Positions 1-12,749 of a DNA stretch of 64,000 nt are shown in pieces. The translations under genes were made by a program, and so were the position numbers. Source of the DNA: Mytilus edulis (taxonomy: Eukaryota); the NCBI RefSeq assembly GCF_963676685.1, contig NC_092344.1, forward strand, positions 60,388,001 to 60,452,000, written 5' to 3'. Numbering within the stretch: the stretch's first letter is position 1; the number at the start of each line of letters is the position of its first letter. The notes beneath the pieces are model-generated. The model did no database searches and had not been told where the DNA came from. It saw nothing but the letters and a program-made list of their open reading frames with translations.

Positions 1-685
1 TTTCATTTGCGCACATTGACATTTTTTAATTTGCGCCAAATTGATTCGAAAGGTTAGGTCTGATAAATTTAGATGATAAAATTTAACTTGTTTAACCAAA
101 CGCAGCAATTCAATGAACACAAGCTACAATATAGATAAATGTGTGTATAGACACATGTTGAGCTCATGGGTATCATCATTTAATCACACTTCTGGTACCC
201 GAACATTTACTTTCATATATGGAACCGATGCCATAAAGAAAAAAACAGGCTTTAACTTATAAAAATTTTGATAAAAAAGGGGATGCTTTATTGTAGGGAA
301 GATATCACAAGGTTGCAGTTCAACAGAAGTGTTGCATGACAATACTCAGTTAAAACAGATTTGTGCATATGCAAATGTGCTTTTTATGTCAAACTGTTAC
401 AATCTTATTTTATAAAGTGCTACTTCAAGTGTGATGTACACTTGCAATAAACTTATCCTGCTTTCAGTCCCCCTCCTCCTCCTCGTCACGTGTGAGCAAG
501 TGGCAGGTGGCAAAAGGCCAGAAGGAATATTTTTGTTATTATATAAATAAATTCTATACATCTTATATGCCTCATTACTTGTGTTTACCTGTTAATTTGT
601 GCAAATGAAGAAAATAAATTTGGCGCAAAGAAATAAAAAAAAATAGGCGCTAATTAAGTGCAGATTGGCGCAAATGGAAAAAGCC
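1..685. mobile_element. Degenerate TIR element (MITE-like); left end probably just outside the window
   Basis: TTTCATTTGCGC...AATTTGCGCCAAATT at 1-42 is mirrored by AATTTGGCGCAAA...TTGGCGCAAATGGAAAAAGCC at about 617-685; no ORF. Confidence 0.5.
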
Positions 686-859
686 GAATCAAATATAATC
701 TTTTCTCGTATCAAGATTTCAAGATGTTATTCATAACCTCAGACACATACTTGTATACAAGAGGACAATAATATATACAACCATATTAAGATAATACATA
801 GCGAGACAGGACAAACGAAACACAAATACATAGTATATTTTAAAAGACAATTGGTATAA

Positions 860-1255
860 TTAGATTAAGTATTTTATGATTTTCTTCACGAAAATTGATA
901 ATTTCCTTTGAACTTGTACGTTACATATAGACAACAAGCCAGTGAATTTCTTCTTGCTTGGATTCATTACATAGTAATTTGGTACAAACTTTGATCTAAG
1001 AGCAGAAACATCAGCATTTTTACAGGTAAACAATATATGAAACTCATCCCCTATTCCCTCATTACATAATGTACATATTCTATTTTCCCTCGCGATCCCC
1101 GCCCATCTACCCGTCTCAATAGGTAACTTCAAATTCGAGCATCGAAGTTCAGATATGTAATATCTGTCCTTGGGTAATAATCGCAATAGATACGGTTCCA
1201 AACCAAACTCGAGTTTGAATTAATAAAGAATAGAATTCACCCCTATCAGATCAAA
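860..1255 (-). mobile_element. 3' fragment of an RTE-X-like non-LTR retrotransposon ORF2 (C-terminal zinc knuckle)
   Basis: LRCSNLKLPIETGRW..RENRICTLC..IGDEFH..FTC, homologous to the C-termini at 22393-22750 and 26221-26619; a broken upstream piece reads DRGEFYS/FKLEFGLEP. Confidence 0.85.
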
Positions 1256-1390
1256 TTGGTGTTTTCTTTCTTTTTTTCGTTCAGTTTCATCTAGTCCATT
1301 TGTTCATTTGACTCTGTCTCCATCACGACTAGGATGCATTTTAATTTATAATGTAAGTCGTTCAGGTTTTTGTTTTATTATATAAAAAAA

Positions 1391-1490
1391 AAGAAGATAT
1401 AGCATGATTGCCAATGAGACAACTCTCTAAAAGAGACAAAGTGACACCGGAATTAACTATTAAAAAAAACCTTTAACAGATCACGGTACG
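1391..1490 (+). repeat. Dispersed repeat family A (fragment)
   Basis: AGAAGAT..ATGATTGCCAATGAGACAAC core recurs at about 13665, 21098, 54261 and 58120. Confidence 0.75.
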
Positions 1491-3119
1491 CTGACGGTAC
1501 AGATGTCTGTAAATTCAGAAATTAATGCGAGGTTTTTATTATTGCGACAATAATTAAGACTCGCATTTTGAAGCATTGCGTTTGAATTTTTTCTTAATCG
1601 TTGTATTCAAAATCTCATTTCAGGCTATAATGACACTCATCGCATTAAATATTTATCAATTGCACGCAACAAATTTATATTCAAAAGACTATGAATTTGA
1701 TGTAAATTTGACAAGATTAGTTCGTTTAAGTTGCTAAAAATTCTATAATTAGTGTATTATTCTCCCAAGTTTATTTGAAAAGGTATAATTCCTCTATACA
1801 AATGGCAAAATCTTTCATAAAATATCCAGTAAGTTGGATAAACGTTTACCAAATCATCCCAATACAGTTTGATTTATATATTCACTTTGCTATTCCGTTC
1901 TTGCACAGTGATATAGTTCATTTTGCGTCATCCCATATTCTAGCAAAGGGAGATTATCTCAGCATCACCGTTACATTAGTAATAGCTGTCGTACATAAAA
2001 TAGTTAGCTCGAACTGTATGATCCTGTGTGAATCTGATCTTTATATTAAAAGTGCATAAATGGTTCACATATGGGTCTTATTTAAACATTAAACAGTATC
2101 AAAACAATTAGTGCATTATAATATAACCAAATAGGCATGCAAAAAAGAATCAATAGGCAAAATATGCTTGTCTACCGTCTAATTCTAATTGCTAATATTT
2201 ACTGTATTGTACATAGCTCAATTCCATTCCATTCCATTCAATTTTATTTATTTTTTAATTTTCAGCAGAAAACAGTATTTCTAACAATTAAATTGAATTA
2301 ATTTGATATGACGTTGACACACGGTAATCACTCTCATGTTTTTATTTACATCGCTGTCAATCATCCGGTAAAGATGAATATTCATTACTACCCTCGGTAG
2401 TTAACGTCCCTCGATGGTTAACTTTAAGTGCCTACCGTATAGTTTATAGTCACTCAGACCTTTAAATTTCTTCTAAGAGAAATCTATCACTCATTAATTA
2501 ATCTACCAGAGTAAAAAGAAGATAATAAGATAATTGCACATGCAGGTATTTTTTGTTGAAAAGGTGCAATTTGGTTACTGAGTACAATTTTGGTACTGTG
2601 ATGTTATATCATAAGTGTGTATTGCTAAATAGGTTGAAATGTGAACCTGATAGTGATATAGTGATAAAGTACTTGGTAGAGTAAAAATGTTTTGATCAGG
2701 GATAAACTGATGCATAAAATATGCAGGTGACTGCTGCAGCTTGAATTTTAAAGGATGTAGCCCACATTCTTCCAAGTAACATGCCCTGTATATACCTATC
2801 ATGGACAGTGGTTTATTCTCATGGGTTATCATATTAATAACTCCATCTTCCCATACAATCCAATTTTGGACAATATTGAAGCATACAATATATACAGTAG
2901 TCAGTTCTAAATGTACTACTCAGACTCAAGTCTCCTTTTATGATTAAACTTAGAGAGAGAAAACAAAACAGTTTCCATTTCCTGGGACTGTATAAGGTGT
3001 GACATAATCAATGAAAAGATGTCTTGAGAGTTTGCCATTTAGGAAGTACAGAATTAGAAGATTGTGTATTATTTGAATGTTTTAACTTTTGTTAAGTTTT
3101 GAATTAGTCTGTGGGCTAC

Positions 3120-3246
3120 CATAGGATCCAGAGGGAGACCCTTTTCTTGGGAAAAAAATGATGATTATATAGGGAATAACTGAAGCATGACTGGAGCGCA
3201 CCGTCACCCTCCCCCCCTTTTATGAAAAATGCTGGATTCGCCATTG
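3120..3246. mobile_element. CAG/GGCGGATCC-type MITE, degenerate (hAT5-like 5-bp TSD)
   Basis: Ends CATAGGATCCAG and CTGGATTCGCCATTG; flanks GCTAC/ACTAC; interior homologous to 12270 and 20066. Confidence 0.65.
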
Positions 3247-3894
3247 ACTACAAGAATAACCGTGATCACATTCAACTGTATAATTATCACTGTTCCTTGG
3301 TGTGGGGAATAATGATATGTGGCAGATGAACATAAGGAGTCATGGTCAACCAGTGCACCGGAGTTTGCCCGGCATGGCCAATTTGTAAAAAAAAATGCGA
3401 AATGTATTGCTTGTAGCATTTTTTTCTTTGTTCCCATGGCTGGACGGAACTTTTACGCTAAATATGTTATCGTTAATTATGATTTTGTGACTTTTGAATG
3501 AAGTACCTGTGATTATTTAGGACATTTGCTTTGACCTCACTGATAATGGAATGTTGAAGCAGACGAAACATGGCGTCAGATGTTGTTGTCATAACTTCGG
3601 TAATTTCCGTGGTACAATAAAATTCAAATAAGCTACACAAGTAGCCAACATTTCTGAATTCTTGTTTTTGAAAACAAATGAAAATTCATGTCGTATTTAA
3701 CATAGAAATTATTCCGATCTGTCCCGTTTTTTCAAGATCGCGTTAAAACGTTAACTTCGGCCGCCATTAAAAAAAATAATCGTACGAGATTTAGCGAGAG
3801 TGACGAAACTTTTCAGATGGGTCGTCTAGAAAGAGTTATCGTTCTTTGTCCCAAAACGATGCTTCTACCATAAGTGCCAGCATAGCTGGCATAT

Positions 3895-4279
3895 AAATAA
3901 AGTGTATTTACTTTCAATTCGTAGTTTAGTAATCGATCCATGGTTGTCAATTGACATAGTATACAGACCCTCTCCATTTAATAAACTCTGGACAGAATTA
4001 AAATACACTTTATTCGTACTATTCGTTTGTTCAAAGTATACAGAAAAACGCAAACCGGAAGTATAATCTGACTTAAAATTTCGTCCAATGACGGGACAAT
4101 ATCCGGATGCCTTTTTTCTCGTTTTTCTCCCAAAATAACTCAATCTGAATAATCATATGAATGGATGACAAATGCGACTATGCACTGTATATATAGGACA
4201 CAGAGTCGTGTTGATTAATTTATTGTGGAAAGAAGAGAAGCGACACCAAAAATGAGGTCTTCTCGTTTAATAGTATAGA
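3895..4279 (-). mobile_element. 5' portion of a non-autonomous Helitron-like element
   Basis: Minus strand begins A|TCTATACTATTAAACGAGAAG, a typical Helitron 5'-TC terminus; no 3' CTAG/hairpin found, so the left boundary is approximate. Confidence 0.5.
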
Positions 4280-4690
4280 TTTGATAAATAAGTTAATAAC
4301 ATTTTACGATAGAGAAAACCAAATATATTTGTGTAACACTCGATAAAAGTTTACAATCTTTAACTTAAAATTTGAGTTATCTGGCACCATCTGGCACACT
4401 ACAAGCGCATCACATTATTTTCTGCAAACACTCTACTTCGGAATAATGTAATTTTCATAATCGCATATTTCCCGATTTCCAAGTTCATACTCAACAAAAC
4501 TAAAAATAAGCTTGCCCTCTTTCCGAATGCAGTTAATTTTCTTATGTCATTCTGTTAAATATGGACCAATGTTTTCGATCTTTTCAGCGTTGTTCTTCGT
4601 TTATTGAACAGAAACAGGTGTTGTTATTCATGTGGCGATTCACAAATAACCACGGGAGTTTCCGTGTTTATTTACATTGGTAGGTATAAG

Positions 4691-4713
4691 CATAGATGTA
4701 ATACCCATCTACG
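4691..4713. mobile_element. 23-bp palindromic micro-insertion with 7-bp TSD (P-element-like ends)
   Basis: GTATAAG|CATAGATGTAATACCCATCTACG|GTATAAG. Confidence 0.8.
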
Positions 4714-5151
4714 GTATAAGACAATCGATATGAAATCACGTGATAAGACCAGCTTCAGTTAAAAGAACAGGCGAAGGCGGCATCACAGATACCCACAAAG
4801 GAGTTATATATATATCACGTACTTGACAAACTGAGTCGGAACCTTTTATTTTCTTAAAGAAATCAGTGGGATGGGAATGTGCTAATTTTTCGTTGGAGTT
4901 CCTGTCAATATAATACTTCCATGATCAACCAACATATAGGACACAGGCCATTTTGAATTTTGGCGGCCGTTATGGATTTCTTTCAGATGGATCCATATCC
5001 CAAAATTTGTATTATCATCATATCTTAAAATGTGCAAAGTTTCAATCTTTTACCATAAAGTGATCAATTGTGCCAAAATATTGGACATAACCGCTGGGTT
5101 GTAAGTAACCAGCAACCCTCTCTATCAAGGAAATTGTGATAGGTAATGCAT

Positions 5152-5226
5152 TTCGGCTGTTGTCTGCTCTATGGTCGGGTTGTTGTCGCTTTGACACATT
5201 CCCCATTTCCTTTCTCAATCTTATTC
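5152..5226. repeat. Dispersed repeat family B (fragment)
   Basis: GGTCGGGTTGTTGTC.CTTTGACACATTCCCCATTTCC core shared with 13015-13193, about 14335-14441 and 55527-55786. Confidence 0.8.
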
Positions 5227-5388
5227 TATGGAATATCGTATGGGAGATATAAACTACATACGCAGGCACTGCTGGAGTGTGCTGCATGTATATTAAAAAT
5301 TCACAATTAGGAAGCTGAGACCACTCTTTGTGTCCTAAAGTTTGTTCTCAACCAACCTGTATCACTAATGGCTAGATATCAGTTGAGG

Positions 5389-5411
5389 CATAGATGTAAT
5401 ACCCATCTATG
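5389..5411. mobile_element. 23-bp palindromic micro-insertion with 7-bp TSD (second copy)
   Basis: GTTGAGG|CATAGATGTAATACCCATCTATG|GTTGAGG; perfect 8-bp inverted ends. Confidence 0.85.
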
Positions 5412-5801
5412 GTTGAGGCAACTTGACTATGTTAAGAACATCTTTTATTTCAATAATATTTTGTGTAATAAAATTTATAATATTTAAATACTGTTTAGTA
5501 TAGAAAAATTTATTTTGTACTGATGATGGTTATTCAGCTCACGGTATTTGGCGCCGAAGTATCCCTCTACGACGAGGGGGATTTTTAACGACAATGACTA
5601 CCCATGAGGGCCTTGCACGATCGGTAATATATAAATTATCTTGTATGTAAACAAGGTAGCAATAAAAATCATATTCTAGGACATAAAGTCAAATAAATGA
5701 TGTACTATATTGTACTAGGTATGTATGCAGACATATTTCAAGATAGAAACTATACATATATTATATATATTCTGTCAATTTACAGACAATTTAATTGCTT
5801 G

Positions 5802-7959
5802 TGTAACAGTACATAGTTTATGTTATCCCTCCTCTATATTTTAGGGATGAGTGCATGCACAGTATCTGTAATCTATGTCCCTAGCATGAAGGAATGTTGA
5901 CAAATACAATTTCAAGTTGTATAAAAGATATATATCATGGTTTTTTTTTATTAATAATTAATAAAACCTAAGACATCGGAGTAAGTATTGTAATGTAAAA
6001 TTATGTTTTATATTGCTATTGTTCAATTTATGAATATAAGGTATAGATTGTTGATGCTTTGAATTATAAAAGTAGATTTTCCATGACTTTTGGACAATCT
6101 AACTATTTCAGATATTATCATATATTATAGGTATCCATATGTTGTTATCAAGAAGGGTAATTGTGTTGCTTAATTCCACAATGACTGTTCTATAATTTAT
6201 TAGTCAGTACAAGTTAGAGATAAACAAATTTGTGACAATTTATATCATAAGGAAAATTTAATTATGTATTTGGGGACAAATGGCAGATGCTACATTAGTT
6301 TATGAGTATGTGATGGTCAAGTATTGGACACACAAGATTAGATATAATTAAACAATAATCGTATACATCTGTTCATCACGTCTATAATTCGGAATTTTAT
6401 CAGTAGTGGTCGTGACATCAAAGATAATTGAATAATCAGTAATTACAATAGAAACTATAAAAGCCTCGGTTTACAATTTGTGTTCAATTTGAACACTTAT
6501 TGCATTCTAGGTAAGTTTGAAATAATTTGAAATAAACTATTTATTCTTAAGATAATTTCTTAAAGTTAAATTTATTTATTTTTCATTAAGGACAGTTTTG
6601 AGATCATAAGTACTGTATTTGTTATAACTGCTTTATTATATTAAGAAAAACTAAAAATGTATGTTTCATTTTTATTAATGTTTTCAAGTTACAAATACTT
6701 TGGAAAAAAACAATGTGTAAAATATTATCTAATATTGTAATATTTTTCACTTTATTCTTCATTAAACAATTCGAACACTTATTGTATTCTAGCTTTTTAT
6801 GTTGCTGATTCCGGCCTATCTACCAATTGATTGTGAGTTTGTTTCCCCCTTATTGCGACATACGTCAATACTTTAGCAAGGATTATAAAACACAATAACA
6901 ATTAATTTTGTCACAATAGAATGGTGCAGGATGTTTAAAGCGACAGGAAGACCTACAAAACCAGGAAAAACACCTCTAAATTACAGTAAAGAGGCATAAC
7001 ACCATAAGCTAGATACAGCGTTTCATCAATTGAACATTTTGCCAGGAGAGGAGCAATTCGTACTTAAACGCCGTTTCGAAAATAAAATTCCTGAACGTGA
7101 GGACACCACAATACTATAGTTATATGAACTTGTTCACACAAGGATTATAAAACACAATTACGTCCAAGACCCGTGGACTCTTCCTCCTCAATACAGTGAC
7201 CAACCAACTGGATCTGTTCCTGATCATAACCCGTTCATACCTTCAAGTGTCTCAACTCCAACCAAGCCATTACAACCAACACGGTTGGTTCGACCCAAAA
7301 TTCCACAAGCCTTCCTGACGCATTCTACAGGGACATCAACACCTGGACCAGTGCAACAACCGTATCCCGGAACTCCATTACTGGTAAATAAACTTTCATT
7401 GCCTGCTTTACAGACGCCGTCCCATTTTTCTTCAAACACGGCACCAGCAGCCATAGCAATTGTGACAGCAGCCACTACAGTGCCATCTTCCTCTGCATCT
7501 TCAATACCAATTTCAACGACCTCTGCACCACCACCAGCAACAACAACATCCACCGCTTCAGCAGCTATTTCAGCAGGTAGGACATCAATACCACCTATGA
7601 ACATTTTTAACATGTCTTCTTCTTTAAAGATTGCAAAATTCAAGGATGATAATTCTAAAAACCCTGAAACTTGGCTGAACACTTTTAAACAATACTGTTC
7701 TTTTTATGATTTAACTAAGCAAAAGAGTGCAGAGTCATTCCCCTTCCATTAATTTGGAAGACCATGACAGAATTTGTTATGACACAGTTTCGGCCACAAA
7801 AAAATCTAATTTTGATGAATTTATCTCTGTTTTTAAAGAGAGATTTTGTTTTTAAAGAGAGATTTAAAGACAAACAACATCTGTTGGATCTGACAATATT
7901 ACAAACTCACCAAGGAAGGACTGTAGCAAGGATTATAAAACACAATAACAATTGTCACA
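5802..7959 (+). mobile_element. Decayed Ty3/Gypsy-like LTR retrotransposon remnant
   Basis: Candidate LTR TGTAACA(5802)...GTCACA(6915), then PBS-like TGGTGCAG and a gag-like ORF; the LTR 3' end is repeated at 7924-7959; no TSD found. Confidence 0.5.
7285..7920 (+). pseudogene. Truncated, frameshifted retrotransposon gag
   Basis: Pro/Ser/Thr-rich stretch, then KIAKFKDDNSKNPETWLNTFKQYCSFYDL..FPFH (Gypsy capsid N-terminal pattern); stop or frameshift, then FKERFKDKQHLLDLTILQ. Confidence 0.6.
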
Positions 7960-10390
7960 ATATAAGTGTTCTTTGCATAGAAAATAATTGCGTTTATTAT
8001 ATAACGTATATACATGTATGTGTATATAAAGAATATCAGTACTTATTAATATATTCCATCCAGTGTAATGTCAAGGAGAGTGATGCAATGAAATTGTTAT
8101 TTCTAATACTGCAGATGTAACGGGGTTCTTCGTTGGCACTGGTTTCATAAAACACAATATCGTATAATATTATATCGTATCTTATACATGTTGGTTTTTT
8201 TCAGATAAACAAGTTCATATAACTATAATTACTTGCTTAGACAGCAACAGGTCAATTCGCTATATTCATGATATTCGTTCTCTACTTTCTCGCATGTCAA
8301 CAATCTAGAACTGTTATCTTCCTTCTAGCGCATCGAATACCTCGTCGATATGCTACTGTTGGGCAGTGAGCCAGGATCCATGCAGGCTGCATCCTTCTCA
8401 CACATCAATATATCATTCACCTCTCCATGCTCTTGACTACACAACTTTGGAACAGAAAATACACAAACAAGTTACACAAGGAACAAACAAAGCTACATGG
8501 CTTGCAATAAAAATTGAAGGCGGTAAAACAGCTGAATCATACATTATGTAACGGTCAATCAGACTGTCGGCTAGCCTAAAGTTCATCAAAACAATTAACC
8601 TAAAACTATTCAACAACAGTGAACCTATAACAACTATAACCTTATCAACTGACAGGCTATCGTCAATCAAAAAACTTAATTACAGATAAAGATAAAATCT
8701 ATAAAATTACGGTTCCATGACAATTTCTACTAAACTGAATAAGAAAAAGTGTGAACATGTTAGTTCGTAGCGTCAAATGCAATGGCCCTCTACAACTCAG
8801 GCGCAAATACAATTTCAAGTTGTATGGTCATTTCCTAAAAAATGTACAAAATATAATTTCTACTTTTTAAACTTTTATTTATTAAATATCTGAAAGTGAA
8901 ATTTTTGTTTATAAATATTCTTTTTATATTAACTTAGGGACTGCTCATATGTAACCTGAAGAGCGGAAATAACAGGATTTAAAAGATTGGGGGAATGGAA
9001 AGGGGGAATTCAATTTTTCAATACTTCAGAGAAGGCATCGAAAAAAATAATTGCTTCATTTTTGCAATTCTATATTTCAAACATTATAAGCGTCTTACAC
9101 TTGATTTTGATGTCATATACATATAACAATTGTTTCACATTATTTTTGCAAACCTCATCTCAATGTGAAATGTTTTGTTTGTCTTGGTCATGCTGCTGCC
9201 ATCTTCTGTGGCGTTTGTAATATGTCTTAACGGAAAGTTTCCTCAATGCCCGGAGGATACGGAATCGGGACAATCCAAAACCAACTTTTCATTTTACAAT
9301 AATAAAAAAAAAAGGAGAAGAAAATATAATTTAAGAGAGAAACTTCAAATTAAAACAATCATTTATTGTTGTCGTCTTGCTCCGCTCGTCTATAGTCTTT
9401 CCAAAAAAAATACGTTTCAACATGAAATTCCAGGAAATATTTTTTTCTCAAATTGATCTAATTAAACAGTACTAACTCTTATTAAAAAAATCAAGCTATA
9501 GGTATAATGTGCTGAAATTAAAAGAATGTGACTGTGGAAAATGTCAATGAGACCATAACAAGATTATCTAAATAAAGTTCCCTGTAGTCACAAACTGCGG
9601 TACCTCACTTGAAGATGTATTTCCAATACTGATGTTCTATTTTACTGAATAATAATATAAATAATATACATGGTATTTTAGTTGAAAGAAAGTATTTAAA
9701 CTTGTTGGGCCAGGGGTGAAAGTTTCAGGTCTTTGCCGATGAAGCGGGTATGAGCTTTCTTGAATTTATTTGCCTCCTTCAAGGTGGGAACATGTTTCCT
9801 ACCATCCCTCCTCCCCCCCCCCAAAAAAAAAATTGATGATTACCAATCCCATAGATTTCCTCTTCTTTATTCGTTCTTGCGCTTATCCGTTAAATCTAAC
9901 AAGTAACTATTAAATGGAAATAAGAGAAGAGAAAACGACTGTTATTGTTCGATTGATGGTGGCTAATCCTGTGATTTATGCATATGAACAAGTCGGAAAA
10001 CAGTTGGATATTTTAATTGTTTAAAGATGTCTTACATCGACATATTTCTAGGTCGAAATTAACACTAAACGGAGAAAAATTAGTGGACAAGTATTGTAAT
10101 TTCTGTGGATCAACAGATAAAATATATTGCATTAATTACTTGGATATATTCATTATAAACAGAATTATACACTCTCTTATTATATTATTTGCACAATAGG
10201 TGTGTGACTTTTTCACGCGGAAAAATTTAATTACCTGAATGTGTGTACACTGTAATTACACTAGAGAAATAATGCAATTACAGTAATTTCATTTAAGTTG
10301 TCACCTTTGACACTTTATATCTCAATGCAATTATAGATATCGAGTAATTGGTGCCAATCAAGACTTAAATTATGCAAATATCCCGAGGTC

Positions 10391-10470
10391 ATTTCCATGG
10401 TAACAAGTGATGCTGTACCGCGTGTAGAATATCATTTATCATCAAGGTGTACAAGAAGTTAGAGGTAAGT
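10391..10470 (+). promoter_or_regulatory. RFX X-box-like palindrome followed by a consensus splice donor (possible first exon)
   Basis: ATTTCCATGGTAAC (13/14 match to GTTNCCATGGNAAC) at 10391-10404; AG|GTAAGT at 10463-10470. Confidence 0.3.
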
Positions 10471-11634
10471 TATTTTTGTTTGATCTACAAACACGAATAC
10501 ACAAGGGTGGGGTGATAGGTTAATAAATTAATAAACAAATATTTTTTGTAGTTTTCAGCAAGCGAAATGTATAGAATACAAATATAGATCTGTATAGCGC
10601 TGCACAAAACATGATGAATAAGATTTTATCAGTAAAAATTTAGTTTTGAACAATTTAAGATAATAACGAATGCATTAGTTAAATTTTGTTATTTTACTAA
10701 ATACATTAATGATTGCACATTTTATTTTTTTATTTTTTATCTTTATTAATTTAATAATTCTATACTTTAATTTGCACTGTTAGCTTCACTATGAGTGTAC
10801 ATAGGAAGTACGATAGTTTTAAAATTATATATATATGTACATGTATTTAAAAAGAAGGTTGTAACATCATAATAAAACCACAATTGACAAAATAATAACA
10901 TGTATATTTACACATTTAGATCTGATATTTAGTGGAATTTTATGTTTGTCACATGAAAACGTGTGTAATGTATTGCTTTTACACGTGTTGCAATATACAC
11001 ACTTCTAACGTCCGGTTGGTACATGTACTTGTATGGATTTTATACATATTCAACAGATTTAAGGACTTGTTTGTACCTGAAGATAAAGCTGTTACTAAGA
11101 TGTAACAGAGCGACACACTGATTTATTTAAAGATATGAAAATATTACTCAGTTGTCTGTTTTTCAACAACAAAAAGTGACATATATATTGATTCTGAAAG
11201 GAATATAAAGGAAGGTCGTTAAAAATTTATTTGGAAAAATAAACATGTAACATGTGTTTCGGTTTGTTATTCATCAAATTTTTTTATAGAATTTCTTCTA
11301 TTTTATCAGAATATTTTATATAGATAATTTATAGAAATATGGCCTTTAATTTGTCCGACAAAGAACATGAGAAATAATGCGAAGGACACTTTACATAGAA
11401 CACCTTTAGGTGGCATTTTTCTTCTCTCTCTCGGGGACAAAAAAATAAAACTTAAAATCAAAAACTCACTTTTTCAATAGCATACAGCATATACAGGAAC
11501 AAGATTGCAAAGTAAACTATAATTGTATTTGTCCATACTAAATTTACTTTAGAAACCAACTATTTTTTATCACATCCCTTTTTTGCTCCTGAAACAAAAC
11601 TAACATATTTAAAGAAATCAAACCATTTTTTTTT

Positions 11635-11693
11635 TAGTCTCGATTACCCAGACGCATATTTAAATATAGCGTCTGGGGTGATTAACCAGACTG
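11635..11693. mobile_element. Short hairpin MITE with TAGTCT-type ends
   Basis: TAGTCTCGATTACCCAGACGC...GCGTCTGGGGTGATTAACCAGACT; related copy at about 15394-15453. Confidence 0.5.
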
Positions 11694-12269
11694 GTCAAAA
11701 ATTTATAGGGGGCGTAACAAATAGTAATTAAATATAGAACATATCTATAAATAGATTTTCCGTTATCCCCAATATAATTTAAATAAAAAAAGCAACAGTC
11801 AACAGTGTAGTAGTAAATGTACATGACATTCCTGTAGCTCACTCTGTGTTGGCCAACTTGCTGAATGGGAAATTTTAATATCAACGTGAAGTAAAATAAA
11901 TAAAACTGCTCACAAACAATTTCACACGTATTCCTGTTCTCAGAGTTCTTGTCTGAAACTGAGTGATGTATAAAGTTTAACATATAATACAGATCTATAG
12001 AGTCAAAATTAAGCTTTAATTGGCCGTACTTTATATTCAAATTTCGGATATTTTCATCTTTGATAAAAAGTATTTTATATAAGTTTTACTCTTTTTTTGT
12101 CATGGTTTTTATCCAAGACTTGATCATTAACTACTTTTCTAGTTATCGGCCGGTTGTGTCAGCCGTGATTCCCCCGTTACCTGGGTACCGCAGACAGCGA
12201 CACCCAAACGCCTGCCTCTTTTTATTCTGAGGTTTAGTTACGGCCCTATGTAAATACTTCAGCACTCGT

Positions 12270-12394
12270 CATAGGCGGATCCACCCCACCCCCATTTTTT
12301 TCGTAGGAAAAATGTGGTTGCTTATGTAGGGAAACTCTGTAGCATGAGTGAGCGTAGTTCCCCTCCCTAATAACAAGTTCTGGATCCGCCACTG
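12270..12394. mobile_element. CAG/GGCGGATCC-type MITE (hAT5-like 5-bp TSD)
   Basis: CATAGGCGGATCCA...TGGATCCGCCACTG; flanks CTCGT/TTCGT. Confidence 0.75.
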
Positions 12395-12749
12395 TTCGTG
12401 TATAGAGGATACCACGCTCTCTGCACGCTTAAAAATGTGTCCGTAGGTGGATCGTTATACGGCTTTAATCTATATTTCTGCTTCTATAGAATATTATTAT
12501 TGCCCTTATTTTTTATTGAGTCATAATTTCTCCAACCTTCCCGAACGGGCTATAAATTAGGACCTCCTTTTTATAATTATTGTTAATTTCTATTCGTCCT
12601 GAACATTACCATTATTTACCACAAGACGATGAAAAGGCAACCCAAGATAAAACTATTCTTATATTATTGCATATCTGTCCACTTTATTCTCTTATCTTCA
12701 TACTATAAAATACCACTATTTTCTATTCTTTGTATTGCATCACATCGTC

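Noticed and set aside
2575-2900. Coding-looking minus-strand stretch
   Set aside because: No recognisable motif or convincing splice sites.
7224-7682. 152-aa minus-strand ORF
   Set aside because: Shadow of the Pro/Thr/Ala-rich gag ORF on the plus strand.
8116-8794. TGTAAC...CTACA as a possible solo LTR
   Set aside because: No TSD (GCAGA vs ACTCA) and no second copy in the window.
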